32,000 nt of DNA, from contig JAQVTI010000009.1 in the NCBI GenBank assembly GCA_028700115.1, positions 1 to 32,000 on the forward strand, written 5' to 3'. The position numbers and the translations under genes were made by a program. This document shows, piece by piece, positions 17,508 through 25,894 of this stretch. The notes under the pieces are model-generated. The model was not told the DNA's origin, did no database searches, and worked only from the letters and a program-made list of their open reading frames with translations. Source of the DNA: Candidatus Iainarchaeum sp. Its GTDB lineage: Archaea; Iainarchaeota; Iainarchaeia; Iainarchaeales; CSSED10-239. Within the stretch, counting starts at the first letter, position 1. Each line of letters starts with the position of its first letter.

Positions 17508-17524
17508 TTTCTTTCTTTTTTTAT
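17495..17524 (+). terminator. Hairpin plus T-tract after the FKBP gene
   Basis: AAAGAAAGAA (17495-17504), loop TAAT, TTCTTTCTTT (17509-17518), then a T run. Confidence 0.55.
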
Positions 17525-17545
17525 ATTTTTTTATAAGTGATTTTT

Positions 17546-17704
17546 ATGAAAGTTTATGTGTGTTATCATATTATGAGGGATAAAAAATCATTTACAATAG
17601 ATTTAGTTACTAGTTCTAAGAAAAAAGCAGACGAATGGTTTAAAGAAAACGATCCATATCTTTGGAGTGATGCAAAGATAGAGGAACATGAAGTTACTGA
17701 ATAA
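17546..17704 (+). CDS. Small hypothetical protein (52 aa)
   Basis: Hand-translated: MKVYVCYHIMRDKKSFTIDLVTSSKKKADEWFKENDPYLWSDAKIEEHEVTE*. Confidence 0.55.
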   Translation: MKVYVCYHIMRDKKSFTIDLVTSSKKKADEWFKENDPYLWSDAKIEEHEVTE

Positions 17705-17731
17705 CTTCATTTAATATTTTTCTATTTTTAA

Positions 17732-17789
17732 TAGTTTACGTTATAACGTTAACTTTTAATGAATAGTTAACGGTATACTGTTAACTTTT
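17732..17789 (+). promoter_or_regulatory. Two tandem near-palindromic sites with 32-bp period
   Basis: TAGTTTACGTTATAACGTTAACTTTT (17732-17757) and TAGTTAACGGTATACTGTTAACTTTT (17764-17789). Each has GTTAAC-type dyad symmetry. Confidence 0.65.
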
Positions 17790-17795
17790 ATGTGA

Positions 17796-17850
17796 ATAAT
17801 TCCTTTTCGTATTGAGTAAATTTTAATTATTTTCCCTTTGCCAAAAGGAA
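17796..17850 (+). repeat. Left 55-bp direct repeat flanking the ATPase gene
   Basis: AATAATTCCTTTTCGTATTGAGTAAATTTTAATTATTTTCCCTTTGCCAAAAGGAA; near-identical to 19152-19206. Internal TTCCTTTT...AAAAGGAA dyad. Confidence 0.85.
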
Positions 17851-17884
17851 TATATTTATATATGTTTTTATATATAATTTTAAT

Positions 17885-19144
17885 ATGGATAAAGATTATT
17901 TAGAAAGAATAATTTTAGATCAGTCTGAAGATCTTAAACAAATAGATTTAGGTTTACCTAGAGATAAACTTTTAGATTTAGATACTCAAATTAAATCAAA
18001 AATAAATATAATAATTACAGGTGTTAGGCGTTGTGGTAAATCTACTTTATTATTACAAATAATGAATAAATATTATAAAAATAAATTTTATTATTTAAGA
18101 TTTGCAGATGAAAGACTTTCAGATATAAAAATAGATGATTATCAAAAAATATATGAAATATTTCAATCAAATTTTAATATGAATAATATATTTTTTTTTG
18201 ATGAAATACAAGGTAAACCTAATTGGGATAAATTTGTTAATAGATTGTATGAAACTGGAAATAAATTTTATATAACTGGATCAAATTCAGAATTATTAAG
18301 TAAAGAAATATCTACTTATCTTACAGGAAGACATTTAGATGTTGAATTATATCCTTTTTCTTTTAAAGAATATTTAAATTTTAAAAAGATTAATTTAGAT
18401 TATAGATATTCAAAAAATTTAATAAAAATAGAAAAAGAACTAAATAACTATATAAAAATAGGTGGTTTTCCACAAGTTGTTGTTGAAAATAATTTAGTAT
18501 TACTTGAAGAAATATATGAAGATATAATTAATAAAGATATTTTATTAAGATATAATTTAAATGATGTAGCTATTTTTAAAAAAATAGCATTATTTTTAAT
18601 ATCAAATATATCAAAAGAATTTTCATATAATTCTATTAAGAAAATGTACGATATAGGTAATTCTGATACTGTTAGAAATTATGTTTATTATCTTAAAAAT
18701 GCTTATTTATTATTTGAATTACCTAAATATGACTATTCTTTGAAAAAACAAGAAAGTTATTCTAAAAAGATTTATGCTATAGATACTGGTTTAATAAATA
18801 AGTTGGCTTTTTCTTTTTCTGAGAATATAGGTCGGCTTTATGAAAATTTAGTTTTTATAGAATTAAAAAGAAGAAATAAAAGGATATATTTTTGGAAAGA
18901 TAAATCTAATTATGAAATAGATTTTATAATTTTAGAAAAAAATAAAGTGACTTCTTTAATACAAGTTGTATATGATTTAAGTGATTTAAAAACAAAAGAA
19001 AGAGAAATAAGAGGCTTAATTTCTGGTTTAAAAGAATTTAAGCTTAAAGAAGGTATAATAATTACAAAAGATTTAGACAAAAAAGAAAAAATAGATAATT
19101 TAACTATAAAATATATACCTTTATGGAAATGGTTATTAGAATAA
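17885..19144 (+). CDS. AAA-family ATPase (DUF4143-type), paralogue of 1780-3042
   Basis: 'GVRRCGKSTLLLQIMNKYY', 'IFFFDEIQGKPNWDKFVNRLYE', 'FYITGSNSELLSKEISTYLTGRH'. Colinear similarity to the first ATPase over its full length. Confidence 0.93.
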   Translation: MDKDYLERIILDQSEDLKQIDLGLPRDKLLDLDTQIKSKINIIITGVRRCGKSTLLLQIMNKYYKNKFYYLRFADERLSDIKIDDYQKIYEIFQSNFNMNNIFFFDEIQGKPNWDKFVNRLYETGNKFYITGSNSELLSKEISTYLTGRHLDVELYPFSFKEYLNFKKINLDYRYSKNLIKIEKELNNYIKIGGFPQVVVENNLVLLEEIYEDIINKDILLRYNLNDVAIFKKIALFLISNISKEFSYNSIKKMYDIGNSDTVRNYVYYLKNAYLLFELPKYDYSLKKQESYSKKIYAIDTGLINKLAFSFSENIGRLYENLVFIELKRRNKRIYFWKDKSNYEIDFIILEKNKVTSLIQVVYDLSDLKTKEREIRGLISGLKEFKLKEGIIITKDLDKKEKIDNLTIKYIPLWKWLLE

Positions 19145-19151
19145 TTTTTTA

Positions 19152-19206
19152 AATAATTCCTTTTGGTATTGAGTAAATATTAGATATTTTCCCTTTGCTA
19201 AAAGGA
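19152..19206 (+). repeat. Right 55-bp direct repeat flanking the ATPase gene
   Basis: AATAATTCCTTTTGGTATTGAGTAAATATTAGATATTTTCCCTTTGCTAAAAGGA; same length and order as 17796-17850. Confidence 0.85.
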
Positions 19207-19389
19207 TAATTTTATTCATTGGTATTGAACAAATTTCTTGTTTTTGTTCATTTTAAATGAACAAATCTTTTATTTTTAATTTGTATATTTATTTTAGAAT
19301 CCTTTTTTTTAATTTTTTCTAAAATAAACCTATTTTTAAATATTCTTTGTTTCTATATTATATATATTATATATTATGGAGGACTATAT

Positions 19390-20682
19390 ATGTTAGATAT
19401 AAAATATATCAGAGAATATCCTGATAAAGTAAAAGAAAACCTAGAAAAGAAAAATAGATCAGATAAGTCCTTTTTAGTTGATGATATTTTAAAATTAGAT
19501 GAAGATTATAGAGCTTTAATAAAAATTGTAAATGATTTAAAACATCAAAGAAATAAAATTACAGAAAACATAAAACAAGAAAAAATAAAAGGAAATGATA
19601 CTTCTGATTTAATCTTAGAAGCAAAAGAACTTCCTGGTAAAATAAAAGAAAAAGACGAAGAATTAAAAGCTCTAAAACTAGAACTTCTAAAATTACAAAA
19701 CCAAATACCAAACATAGTAAGTCCAGAGACACCTTTAGGAAAAGATGAATCTGAAAACAAAGAGATTGAAATGTATGGTGAGATTGTAAAAAAAGATTTT
19801 AAAATAAAGCATCATGGTGAAATTTTAGAAAAACTAAATGTTTTAGATCTAGATTCAGCTAGAGAAAACTCAGGAAAGGGATTTTATTATTTAAAAGGAG
19901 ATTTAGCTCTTTTAAATAATGCACTTATTAGATATGCACAAGATATCTTTGCAAAAAAAGGATATACATTTATCTTACCTCCTTTAATGATAAATAAACA
20001 AGCATGTGATGGTGTTATTGATTTTGAGTTTTTTAGAGATATGGTTTATAAGATAGAAAATGAAGACTTATATCTAATAGGTACATCAGAACATCCATTA
20101 ATTGCAATGTTTATAAATAAAGTTATTCCTGAAGAAAACTTGCCTATTAAGCTATATGGATTTTCAAGTTGTTTTAGAAAAGAAATAGGTGCTCATGGAC
20201 TTGATGAGAGAGGGCTTTTTAGACTTCATCAATTTGATAAGGTTGAACAAGTTGTAATCTGTAAGCCAGATGAATCTATTCAAATATTTGATGAACTTAA
20301 AAACAATACTGTAGATTTATTTAAATCTCTAGGGCTTCCTACAAGGGTTTTAGAACTTTGTACAGGAGATTTAGGAGATCATAAGTATAGACAAGTAGAT
20401 ATTGAAGTTTTTTCACCTAGAAAAAATGACTTTATTGAAGTAGGTTCTTGTTCAAACTTAACAGAAGCTCAAGCAATTGGTCTAAATATTAAGGTAAAAA
20501 ACAAACAATCTGAAAAATACTATGCACATACACTAAATAACACTGGAATTGCAACACAAAGAGCACTTGTTGCAATTGTAGAAAACTTTCAAACAGAAAA
20601 AGGAACAATTAAGGTTCCAGATGTTTTAGTGCCTTATATGTATGGAAAAGAAGAGATAGAAGTTAATCCTTCTTTCTTTTAA
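19390..20682 (+). CDS. serS: Seryl-tRNA synthetase
   Basis: 'MLDIKYIREYPDKVKENLEKK' coiled-coil N-terminus, 'LIGTSEHPLIAMFINKVI', 'SSCFRKEIGAHGLDERGLFRLHQFDKVEQ', 'EVGSCSNLTEAQAIGLNIK', 'ALVAIVENFQTEKGTIKVPDVLVPYM'. Confidence 0.97.
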   Translation: MLDIKYIREYPDKVKENLEKKNRSDKSFLVDDILKLDEDYRALIKIVNDLKHQRNKITENIKQEKIKGNDTSDLILEAKELPGKIKEKDEELKALKLELLKLQNQIPNIVSPETPLGKDESENKEIEMYGEIVKKDFKIKHHGEILEKLNVLDLDSARENSGKGFYYLKGDLALLNNALIRYAQDIFAKKGYTFILPPLMINKQACDGVIDFEFFRDMVYKIENEDLYLIGTSEHPLIAMFINKVIPEENLPIKLYGFSSCFRKEIGAHGLDERGLFRLHQFDKVEQVVICKPDESIQIFDELKNNTVDLFKSLGLPTRVLELCTGDLGDHKYRQVDIEVFSPRKNDFIEVGSCSNLTEAQAIGLNIKVKNKQSEKYYAHTLNNTGIATQRALVAIVENFQTEKGTIKVPDVLVPYMYGKEEIEVNPSFF

Positions 20683-20723
20683 TTTTTTTTAAATAAATAA
20701 ATTATAAAAAATTATAGGTTAAG

Positions 20724-21134
20724 ATGCAAATGATAAAAGAAGACTGTATATTTTGTAAAATTGCACAAAAGCAAATTCCTTCAGCAATAATTTATGAAGA
20801 TGATAATTATTTAGCTTTTTTAGATAGAAATCCAATGCATCCTGGACACACTTTATTAATTCCTAAAGAGCATACAGATTATATATTTGATTTAAATGAT
20901 GAAAAACTAAGTGAACTTTTTATAATTTCTAAAAAGGTAAGTCAAATTCTAAAAAAAGCAACTAATTGTGAAAAAGTAGGAATTGCTGTGGAAGGTTTTC
21001 TAGTAAGACATGTTCATGTGCATTTAGTTCCATTAAATAATGGAGATTCACTAGATCCTTGTTTACAAAAACCAGCAGAACAAAGTGAACTTGATAGTGT
21101 TTATGAAAAAATAATTAAATCTAAAGAAAAGTAA
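20724..21134 (+). CDS. HIT family hydrolase
   Basis: 'CIFCKIAQKQIPSAIIYEDDNYLAFLDRNPMHPGHTLLIPKEH' and HxHxH 'VRHVHVHLVP'. Confidence 0.95.
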   Translation: MQMIKEDCIFCKIAQKQIPSAIIYEDDNYLAFLDRNPMHPGHTLLIPKEHTDYIFDLNDEKLSELFIISKKVSQILKKATNCEKVGIAVEGFLVRHVHVHLVPLNNGDSLDPCLQKPAEQSELDSVYEKIIKSKEK

Positions 21135-21255
21135 ATTAATTTTTGGAAAATTTAACCTGGATTAAAAGAAAAATTTTTGGACTTTAAAAAATAAAACTAT
21201 AATGTTATTAATTGTTGGATTTGGGGCTTTAATTAATACTATAATTTATATTATT

Positions 21256-22185
21256 TTATTGTTGTTTATTATAAACTTTAACTATTTTTTTATAAAATTT
21301 ACACATTTCCATAAATTGATTAGGATTTGTCTTTTCTAAAAATTTGCACCCTCCTTTACAGTAATTCCATATTTCGCAATTTTTATTTAAACATATATTA
21401 ATATTATTTATTTTTTTTAGATTATATTTTTTATACATTGTTAATAAATGACATCTATCATAACTACCATCTGGAAATATTCCATAAGTTGTATTTTCAT
21501 AATAACCACAAAATTTATTTTTATTTAATTTATTATCTAAATAATTAAAAAAATAATTTGAAAATGGGGATATTTTTATATTTTTTTTATGAAGTGAAAG
21601 TATGTATTCTATATCTTTAATAGTTATTCTTTTTATAGAATTTATATTGGAAAAATTAAATCCTATGTAATTTGGATTTAATTTTAATAAATTAATTATA
21701 TTCTTTTTAAAATTAATTTTTGTAGATATTGTGGATGATATTTGTAATTGTATCCCTCCTTTTTTAATTAATTTAGCATTTGTTATAAGTTTTTTTATAT
21801 TGGTTGATCTATTTTTTAAATTAGTTTCAATAGGGTCAATACTTATAGTTATATTTTTAATACCCCAATTTTTAAGTTTTTTAATTGTATTTTTGTTAAT
21901 TAAAGTTCCATTTGTAATTATATTAAAATTGTAAATACCTAGTAATTTTAATCTTATTATAATTTTTTTAATGTTTTTTAAGTCTAATAAAGGTTCTCCA
22001 CCATAAAAAATAATTGTAGAATCCGATCTATATTTTTTTGGAACTAATAAGTTAATAGAATTTATAATATTATTTATGTCAAATGCATTTTTTTTATTTA
22101 ATAAATTAATTTTTTTTAAATAACAATATTTACAATTTAAGTTACAATTATATGTAGTTATTATAAATAATTTATATTTTTTCAT
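21256..22185 (-). CDS. Radical SAM/SPASM protein (cluster B)
   Basis: 'TTYNCNLNCKYCYLKK', 'IIFYGGEPLLD', C-terminal Cys set 'CGYYENTTYGIFPDGSYDRCHLL...CLNKNCEIWNYCKGGCKFLEK...MCKFYKK'. Confidence 0.93.
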   Translation of the reverse strand: MKKYKLFIITTYNCNLNCKYCYLKKINLLNKKNAFDINNIINSINLLVPKKYRSDSTIIFYGGEPLLDLKNIKKIIIRLKLLGIYNFNIITNGTLINKNTIKKLKNWGIKNITISIDPIETNLKNRSTNIKKLITNAKLIKKGGIQLQISSTISTKINFKKNIINLLKLNPNYIGFNFSNINSIKRITIKDIEYILSLHKKNIKISPFSNYFFNYLDNKLNKNKFCGYYENTTYGIFPDGSYDRCHLLTMYKKYNLKKINNINICLNKNCEIWNYCKGGCKFLEKTNPNQFMEMCKFYKKIVKVYNKQQ

Positions 22186-22619
22186 AATTCTTCTAAAATA
22201 TTAATGGTTTTTTCTAAATTATAATTTATAAATAAATTATCTCTTTTATTTTTATAATTTTTTATTAATTTATTTATATTATCGTTAATTAATATTGGAT
22301 CACAATTTAGAAATAATAATTTTTTACAGTTATTATAAAAATATGTGGTTAACAATAAATTATCTAGTATGTTATAATTTATTTTAACAAAAGTATTTAC
22401 CGATAAAGGATAAATTAAAATTAAATTTGGTTTTGGAATTGAATTAATATTACTCCATTCTATTTTTCTATTTTTTAAAAATTTGAATTTATTTAAATTA
22501 AATAAATTATATGAATTATTTGAAATACAATAATATACTTTATTTTTTTTAAGGATATTGTTAATTTTATCTAAATTCAATATATTTTGACCAGCACAAA
22601 CTAAAACATATATAATCAT
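22182..22619 (-). CDS. HFCD-type flavoprotein (EpiD/Dfp/PPC-decarboxylase-like), divergent
   Basis: 'SIPKPNLILIYPLSVNTFVKINYNILDNLLLTTYFYNNCKKLLFLNCDP' aligns by eye to the HFCD pattern ADLIVIAPATANTIAKxANGIADNLLTTxxLA...; 145 aa. Confidence 0.68.
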   Translation of the reverse strand: MIIYVLVCAGQNILNLDKINNILKKNKVYYCISNNSYNLFNLNKFKFLKNRKIEWSNINSIPKPNLILIYPLSVNTFVKINYNILDNLLLTTYFYNNCKKLLFLNCDPILINDNINKLIKNYKNKRDNLFINYNLEKTINILEEL

Positions 22620-22948
22620 AAATTATCAATTGTAATGGTTTTTTTATTAAAATCAATTATTAATTTTTTATTATTTTTAAACAAATTTATATTATCTACT
22701 TTTATTAAAAATATTTTTTTTTCTCTAGCAAATATACTCATGTGACTTAAATAACTTCCATTTTCAATAATTCCCCCTAATGAATAAAGTAAATATGGAG
22801 AATCCATAGGGGTTAGGGATTTAGAAATTAGAATTTTATCTTTAATTTTATTTAAATTTGTATTATTTTTTAAAATCAAAGATTTTCCAGAAATTATTTT
22901 TGTCATATTAGATTTACTTAATATTTCAAATTTAATTTTATTTATCAT
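22616..22948 (-). CDS. Standalone PEP-utiliser mobile (phosphohistidine) domain (cluster B)
   Basis: 110 aa: 'SLTPMDSPYLLYSLGGIIENGSYLSHMSIFAREKKIFLIKVDNINLFKNNKKLIIDFNKKTITI', matching the GG..(T/L)SHxxIxARE signature. Confidence 0.75.
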   Translation of the reverse strand: MINKIKFEILSKSNMTKIISGKSLILKNNTNLNKIKDKILISKSLTPMDSPYLLYSLGGIIENGSYLSHMSIFAREKKIFLIKVDNINLFKNNKKLIIDFNKKTITIDNL

Positions 22949-22951
22949 TTA

Positions 22952-23833
22952 TTATTCCTCTAAAAGATATTTTATGAAGTTATGTGTATTTTTAATTACT
23001 TTTGTTTTATTTTCAATAAATATACTTGCATCTTTATCAGTATCTACATTTAAATATTTGTTTACATCTAAAATATATTTATTTTTTAAATTAATATGAG
23101 TTGTGAATTGGTTATAAACATAATTAACTTTATCTTTATTTAATTTTAATTTTATATTTTTTTTAAGATTTATTAAATGTAGTGATAATTCATTTATTAA
23201 TTTATTTGGATTTATGGTTTTATTATTTTTCATAATTAAAAAATCATTTATTTCTTCTACTTTAAATATATGTCCAAAAAAGCTAATATCTGGTTTTTTT
23301 ATATAATTACTTATTAAAATATATTTTTGATTATTAATATTATATTCTCTATATAATTTCCCATTAAATGTGTATATGTTAAATCCAACTCCTCTAAAAA
23401 TTGGAAAATAAATTTCATTTAAATTATCTAATAAAAATACTGTAGAATAATATAATTCTCTATTTTTAATAAATCTACCTAATTTTAAGTCTTTATTTGG
23501 ATTTAATTTTAAATCCATTGTTTTTTCTAATGTTATGTCTTCATATTTATCAATTAAATAAGTTATTATTTTTTTAAAATATTTTTTTTGTGTAATTTTA
23601 TTTGTTTTTTTATTTATTAACATTAGTAAATATGATCTTAATTCAAAAAAAGAAATATTTGATATATTATTATCAATATAATCTTTAAGATATGGTGTGA
23701 AATTTTCTGCGAATATATTAGAAATTATGGTTGATGATAATGGCCAATTATGAATTGTAGAACCAGATATACATAGATAAAACATATCTTTACTTATTTT
23801 ATTACAAATTTTATTTATTAATTTCTTTTCCAT
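22952..23833 (-). CDS. Conserved unknown protein, homologue of 8043-9065 product
   Basis: 'SGSTIHNWPLSSTI', 'VGFNIYTFNGKLYREYNINNQ' and 'KKPDISFFGHIFKVEEINDFLI' mirror the cluster A protein. Start set at MEKKLINK (23833); the ORF extends to 23896. Confidence 0.78.
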   Translation of the reverse strand: MEKKLINKICNKISKDMFYLCISGSTIHNWPLSSTIISNIFAENFTPYLKDYIDNNISNISFFELRSYLLMLINKKTNKITQKKYFKKIITYLIDKYEDITLEKTMDLKLNPNKDLKLGRFIKNRELYYSTVFLLDNLNEIYFPIFRGVGFNIYTFNGKLYREYNINNQKYILISNYIKKPDISFFGHIFKVEEINDFLIMKNNKTINPNKLINELSLHLINLKKNIKLKLNKDKVNYVYNQFTTHINLKNKYILDVNKYLNVDTDKDASIFIENKTKVIKNTHNFIKYLLEE

Positions 23834-23834
23834 G

Positions 23835-24401
23835 TTATTCTGCCTTATATTTAAGTAATATATATTTATTTTCTTTAAAATAAATTTCAACACCAATATT
23901 TATTAAATCTATTGCCCTTATAGGTAATAAATTTTCACATAAAATTTTATTTTTGTAATTATTAGATAAATTTTGCCAATAATTATTTATAAATTTATTA
24001 TATTCTAAATTACTTAATTTTTTCTTAATTTTATTTAGGATTTCAGTTTCTTTTTTTTTATTAATTGAAATTATATGATAAAAAATACCTTTGTCTTTTA
24101 ATAATGATTTACATTTTTTAATAAATTTTATGCCATTATTTTTGAAATATATATCATTAAATAAATTTACTGAATATATTATATCATATTTTGTTTTATT
24201 AAAATTATATTTTAAAAAATCTGATTTTATATAATGTATTTTTTTTGTTTTTAAATTATTTATTTGAATTAAATCTAATAAAGTTATTTTATGGCCTTTA
24301 TTTAATAATTTTAAATAGTTTTTATTGTTATTAACCCCTATTTCTAATATATTTAAATTTAAAGTACTTGAAATATCATTATATATAATATCATATAACA
24401 T
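23835..24401 (-). CDS. Class I SAM-dependent methyltransferase (cluster B)
   Basis: 'LNILEIGVNNNKNYLKLLNKGHKITLLDLI', 'KYDIIYSVNLFNDIYF', 'CKSLLKDKGIFYHII'. Confidence 0.75.
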   Translation of the reverse strand: MLYDIIYNDISSTLNLNILEIGVNNNKNYLKLLNKGHKITLLDLIQINNLKTKKIHYIKSDFLKYNFNKTKYDIIYSVNLFNDIYFKNNGIKFIKKCKSLLKDKGIFYHIISINKKKETEILNKIKKKLSNLEYNKFINNYWQNLSNNYKNKILCENLLPIRAIDLINIGVEIYFKENKYILLKYKAE

Positions 24402-25536
24402 ATTTATCTTTTATTTTTATGATTTTGTTAAATAATTTATTGGTTACCGTACATAAAGGATCTGATCCTAAAAGTTCTTGTGCATAGATACAACCTCCAT
24501 ATCTTGCACACAAAGAATTATTTTTCAAATAACAATTTTTACAATCGTTTATTTTATAAGAATTATATAATTTGTTTTTTATATTATATATTTCTTTTAA
24601 ATCATTAATAAACTTTATATTTCCTAATTTATGTTTTTCTAAACCTACAAATCTATTACATAAGTAAATGTCTCCATTATTATTAATACCTAACATATTA
24701 TCTTTAGTAATACAACTAGTAGTAAATCTACAATTAGGTAAAGGCATATTAAAAAAAATAGCATCAATATAACTATCAAAATCTTTTATAGTAATTTTTT
24801 TATTTTCTAAATAATAGTTAAAACAATCGTATAAGAATTGCACATATTTATTAACTAAATTATTATCTACAATATTTTTTCCTCTTCCTACTGGATACAT
24901 TAAATTTATTTGTAAATCTACATTTAAATTATTATAAAAATCTATGTAATTTATAGGTTTTATTTTGTTTACAGTAAAATTATTTAATGTAGATAATACA
25001 TTAAATTTATTCTTATTTTTTTTAAGTATATTAATACCTCTTATAACTTGATTAAAAGAACTAAAATCATTTTTATTAACTCTATATTTGTCATTAATAA
25101 ATTTTGGTCCATCTAAACTTACCCCTATAGCAAAATTATTTTTTTTAAAAAATTTAGAATAATCTTCATCTATTAAAGTTCCATTTGTTTGAATTTTATT
25201 TACAAAATGAATATTTTTTGGGAATATATCTTTTTGTAAATCAATTATATTTTTATAAAAATCTAACCCAGCTAAAAGTGGTTCTCCTCCATGCCAGGCA
25301 TATTCTAAAGTTAGAAATCGCGGATTATATTTTTTGACTTTATTTATATCTTTTTTAGAATATATTGAATTTATATAATCTAAATTTTTATAAAATTCAT
25401 TAATAGTTAAATTAAATATTTTTTTAATTACATCTATAGATATTAAATCATATTTTTGATTGTATGAACCGTATGTATAACAATATTTACAATTTAAATT
25501 GCATGCATTTCCAACAGGTCTTATTGAATATCCCAT
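24391..25536 (-). CDS. Radical SAM/SPASM protein, anSME-like architecture (cluster B)
   Basis: 'GNACNLNCKYCYTYGSYN', 'YAWHGGEPLLAG', 'IQTNGTLID', 'GVSLDGPKFINDKYR', C-terminal Cys set '...CITKDNMLGINNNGDIYLCNRF...CKNCYLKNNSLCARYGGCIYAQELLGSDPLC'. Confidence 0.94.
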   Translation of the reverse strand: MGYSIRPVGNACNLNCKYCYTYGSYNQKYDLISIDVIKKIFNLTINEFYKNLDYINSIYSKKDINKVKKYNPRFLTLEYAWHGGEPLLAGLDFYKNIIDLQKDIFPKNIHFVNKIQTNGTLIDEDYSKFFKKNNFAIGVSLDGPKFINDKYRVNKNDFSSFNQVIRGINILKKNKNKFNVLSTLNNFTVNKIKPINYIDFYNNLNVDLQINLMYPVGRGKNIVDNNLVNKYVQFLYDCFNYYLENKKITIKDFDSYIDAIFFNMPLPNCRFTTSCITKDNMLGINNNGDIYLCNRFVGLEKHKLGNIKFINDLKEIYNIKNKLYNSYKINDCKNCYLKNNSLCARYGGCIYAQELLGSDPLCTVTNKLFNKIIKIKDKYVI

Positions 25537-25544
25537 ATTATTTT

Positions 25545-25691
25545 TTAATATCCATCTACATATTCATCAGCACCGTGTGCTGTTTTTCTAACTAAATCAA
25601 AATAGATATTGTCTTTATCTAATTTATTTTTTTTAAGTAATTCATAATTTTTAAACCTACATTTTATTGCATTTGATTCAATTTTAGCCAT
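25545..25691 (-). CDS. Possible precursor peptide of cluster B (48 aa)
   Basis: Hand-translated: MAKIESNAIKCRFKNYELLKKNKLDKDNIYFDLVRKTAHGADEYVDGY*. Strong RBS AGGAGGAATCAATTT-ATG, 8 bp upstream of the radical SAM/SPASM start. Confidence 0.65.
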   Translation of the reverse strand: MAKIESNAIKCRFKNYELLKKNKLDKDNIYFDLVRKTAHGADEYVDGY

Positions 25692-25894
25692 AAATTGATT
25701 CCTCCTAAATGTTTTTATTAGTATACATAAGGTTTTTATATGTTTCTTTTAAATTTTATTACTTTTTCAATTAATTTTTTAGTTTCTGGATCATTATAAA
25801 AATCAGAAACACAAAGGCAGATATTATTAATTTAGTTAGAGTAGAAACACCTGAAATACCAGAACCTGCTTTAAGGGAATCAATATTAAATGCA

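Noticed and set aside
19545-19760. Minus-strand ORF of 71 aa
   Set aside because: Shadow of serS.
21199-21340. Small hydrophobic plus-strand peptide starting MLLIVGFGALINTIIYIILLL
   Set aside because: Overlaps the antisense 3' end of the radical SAM gene and has no clear RBS. AT-rich intergenic DNA often yields such peptides.
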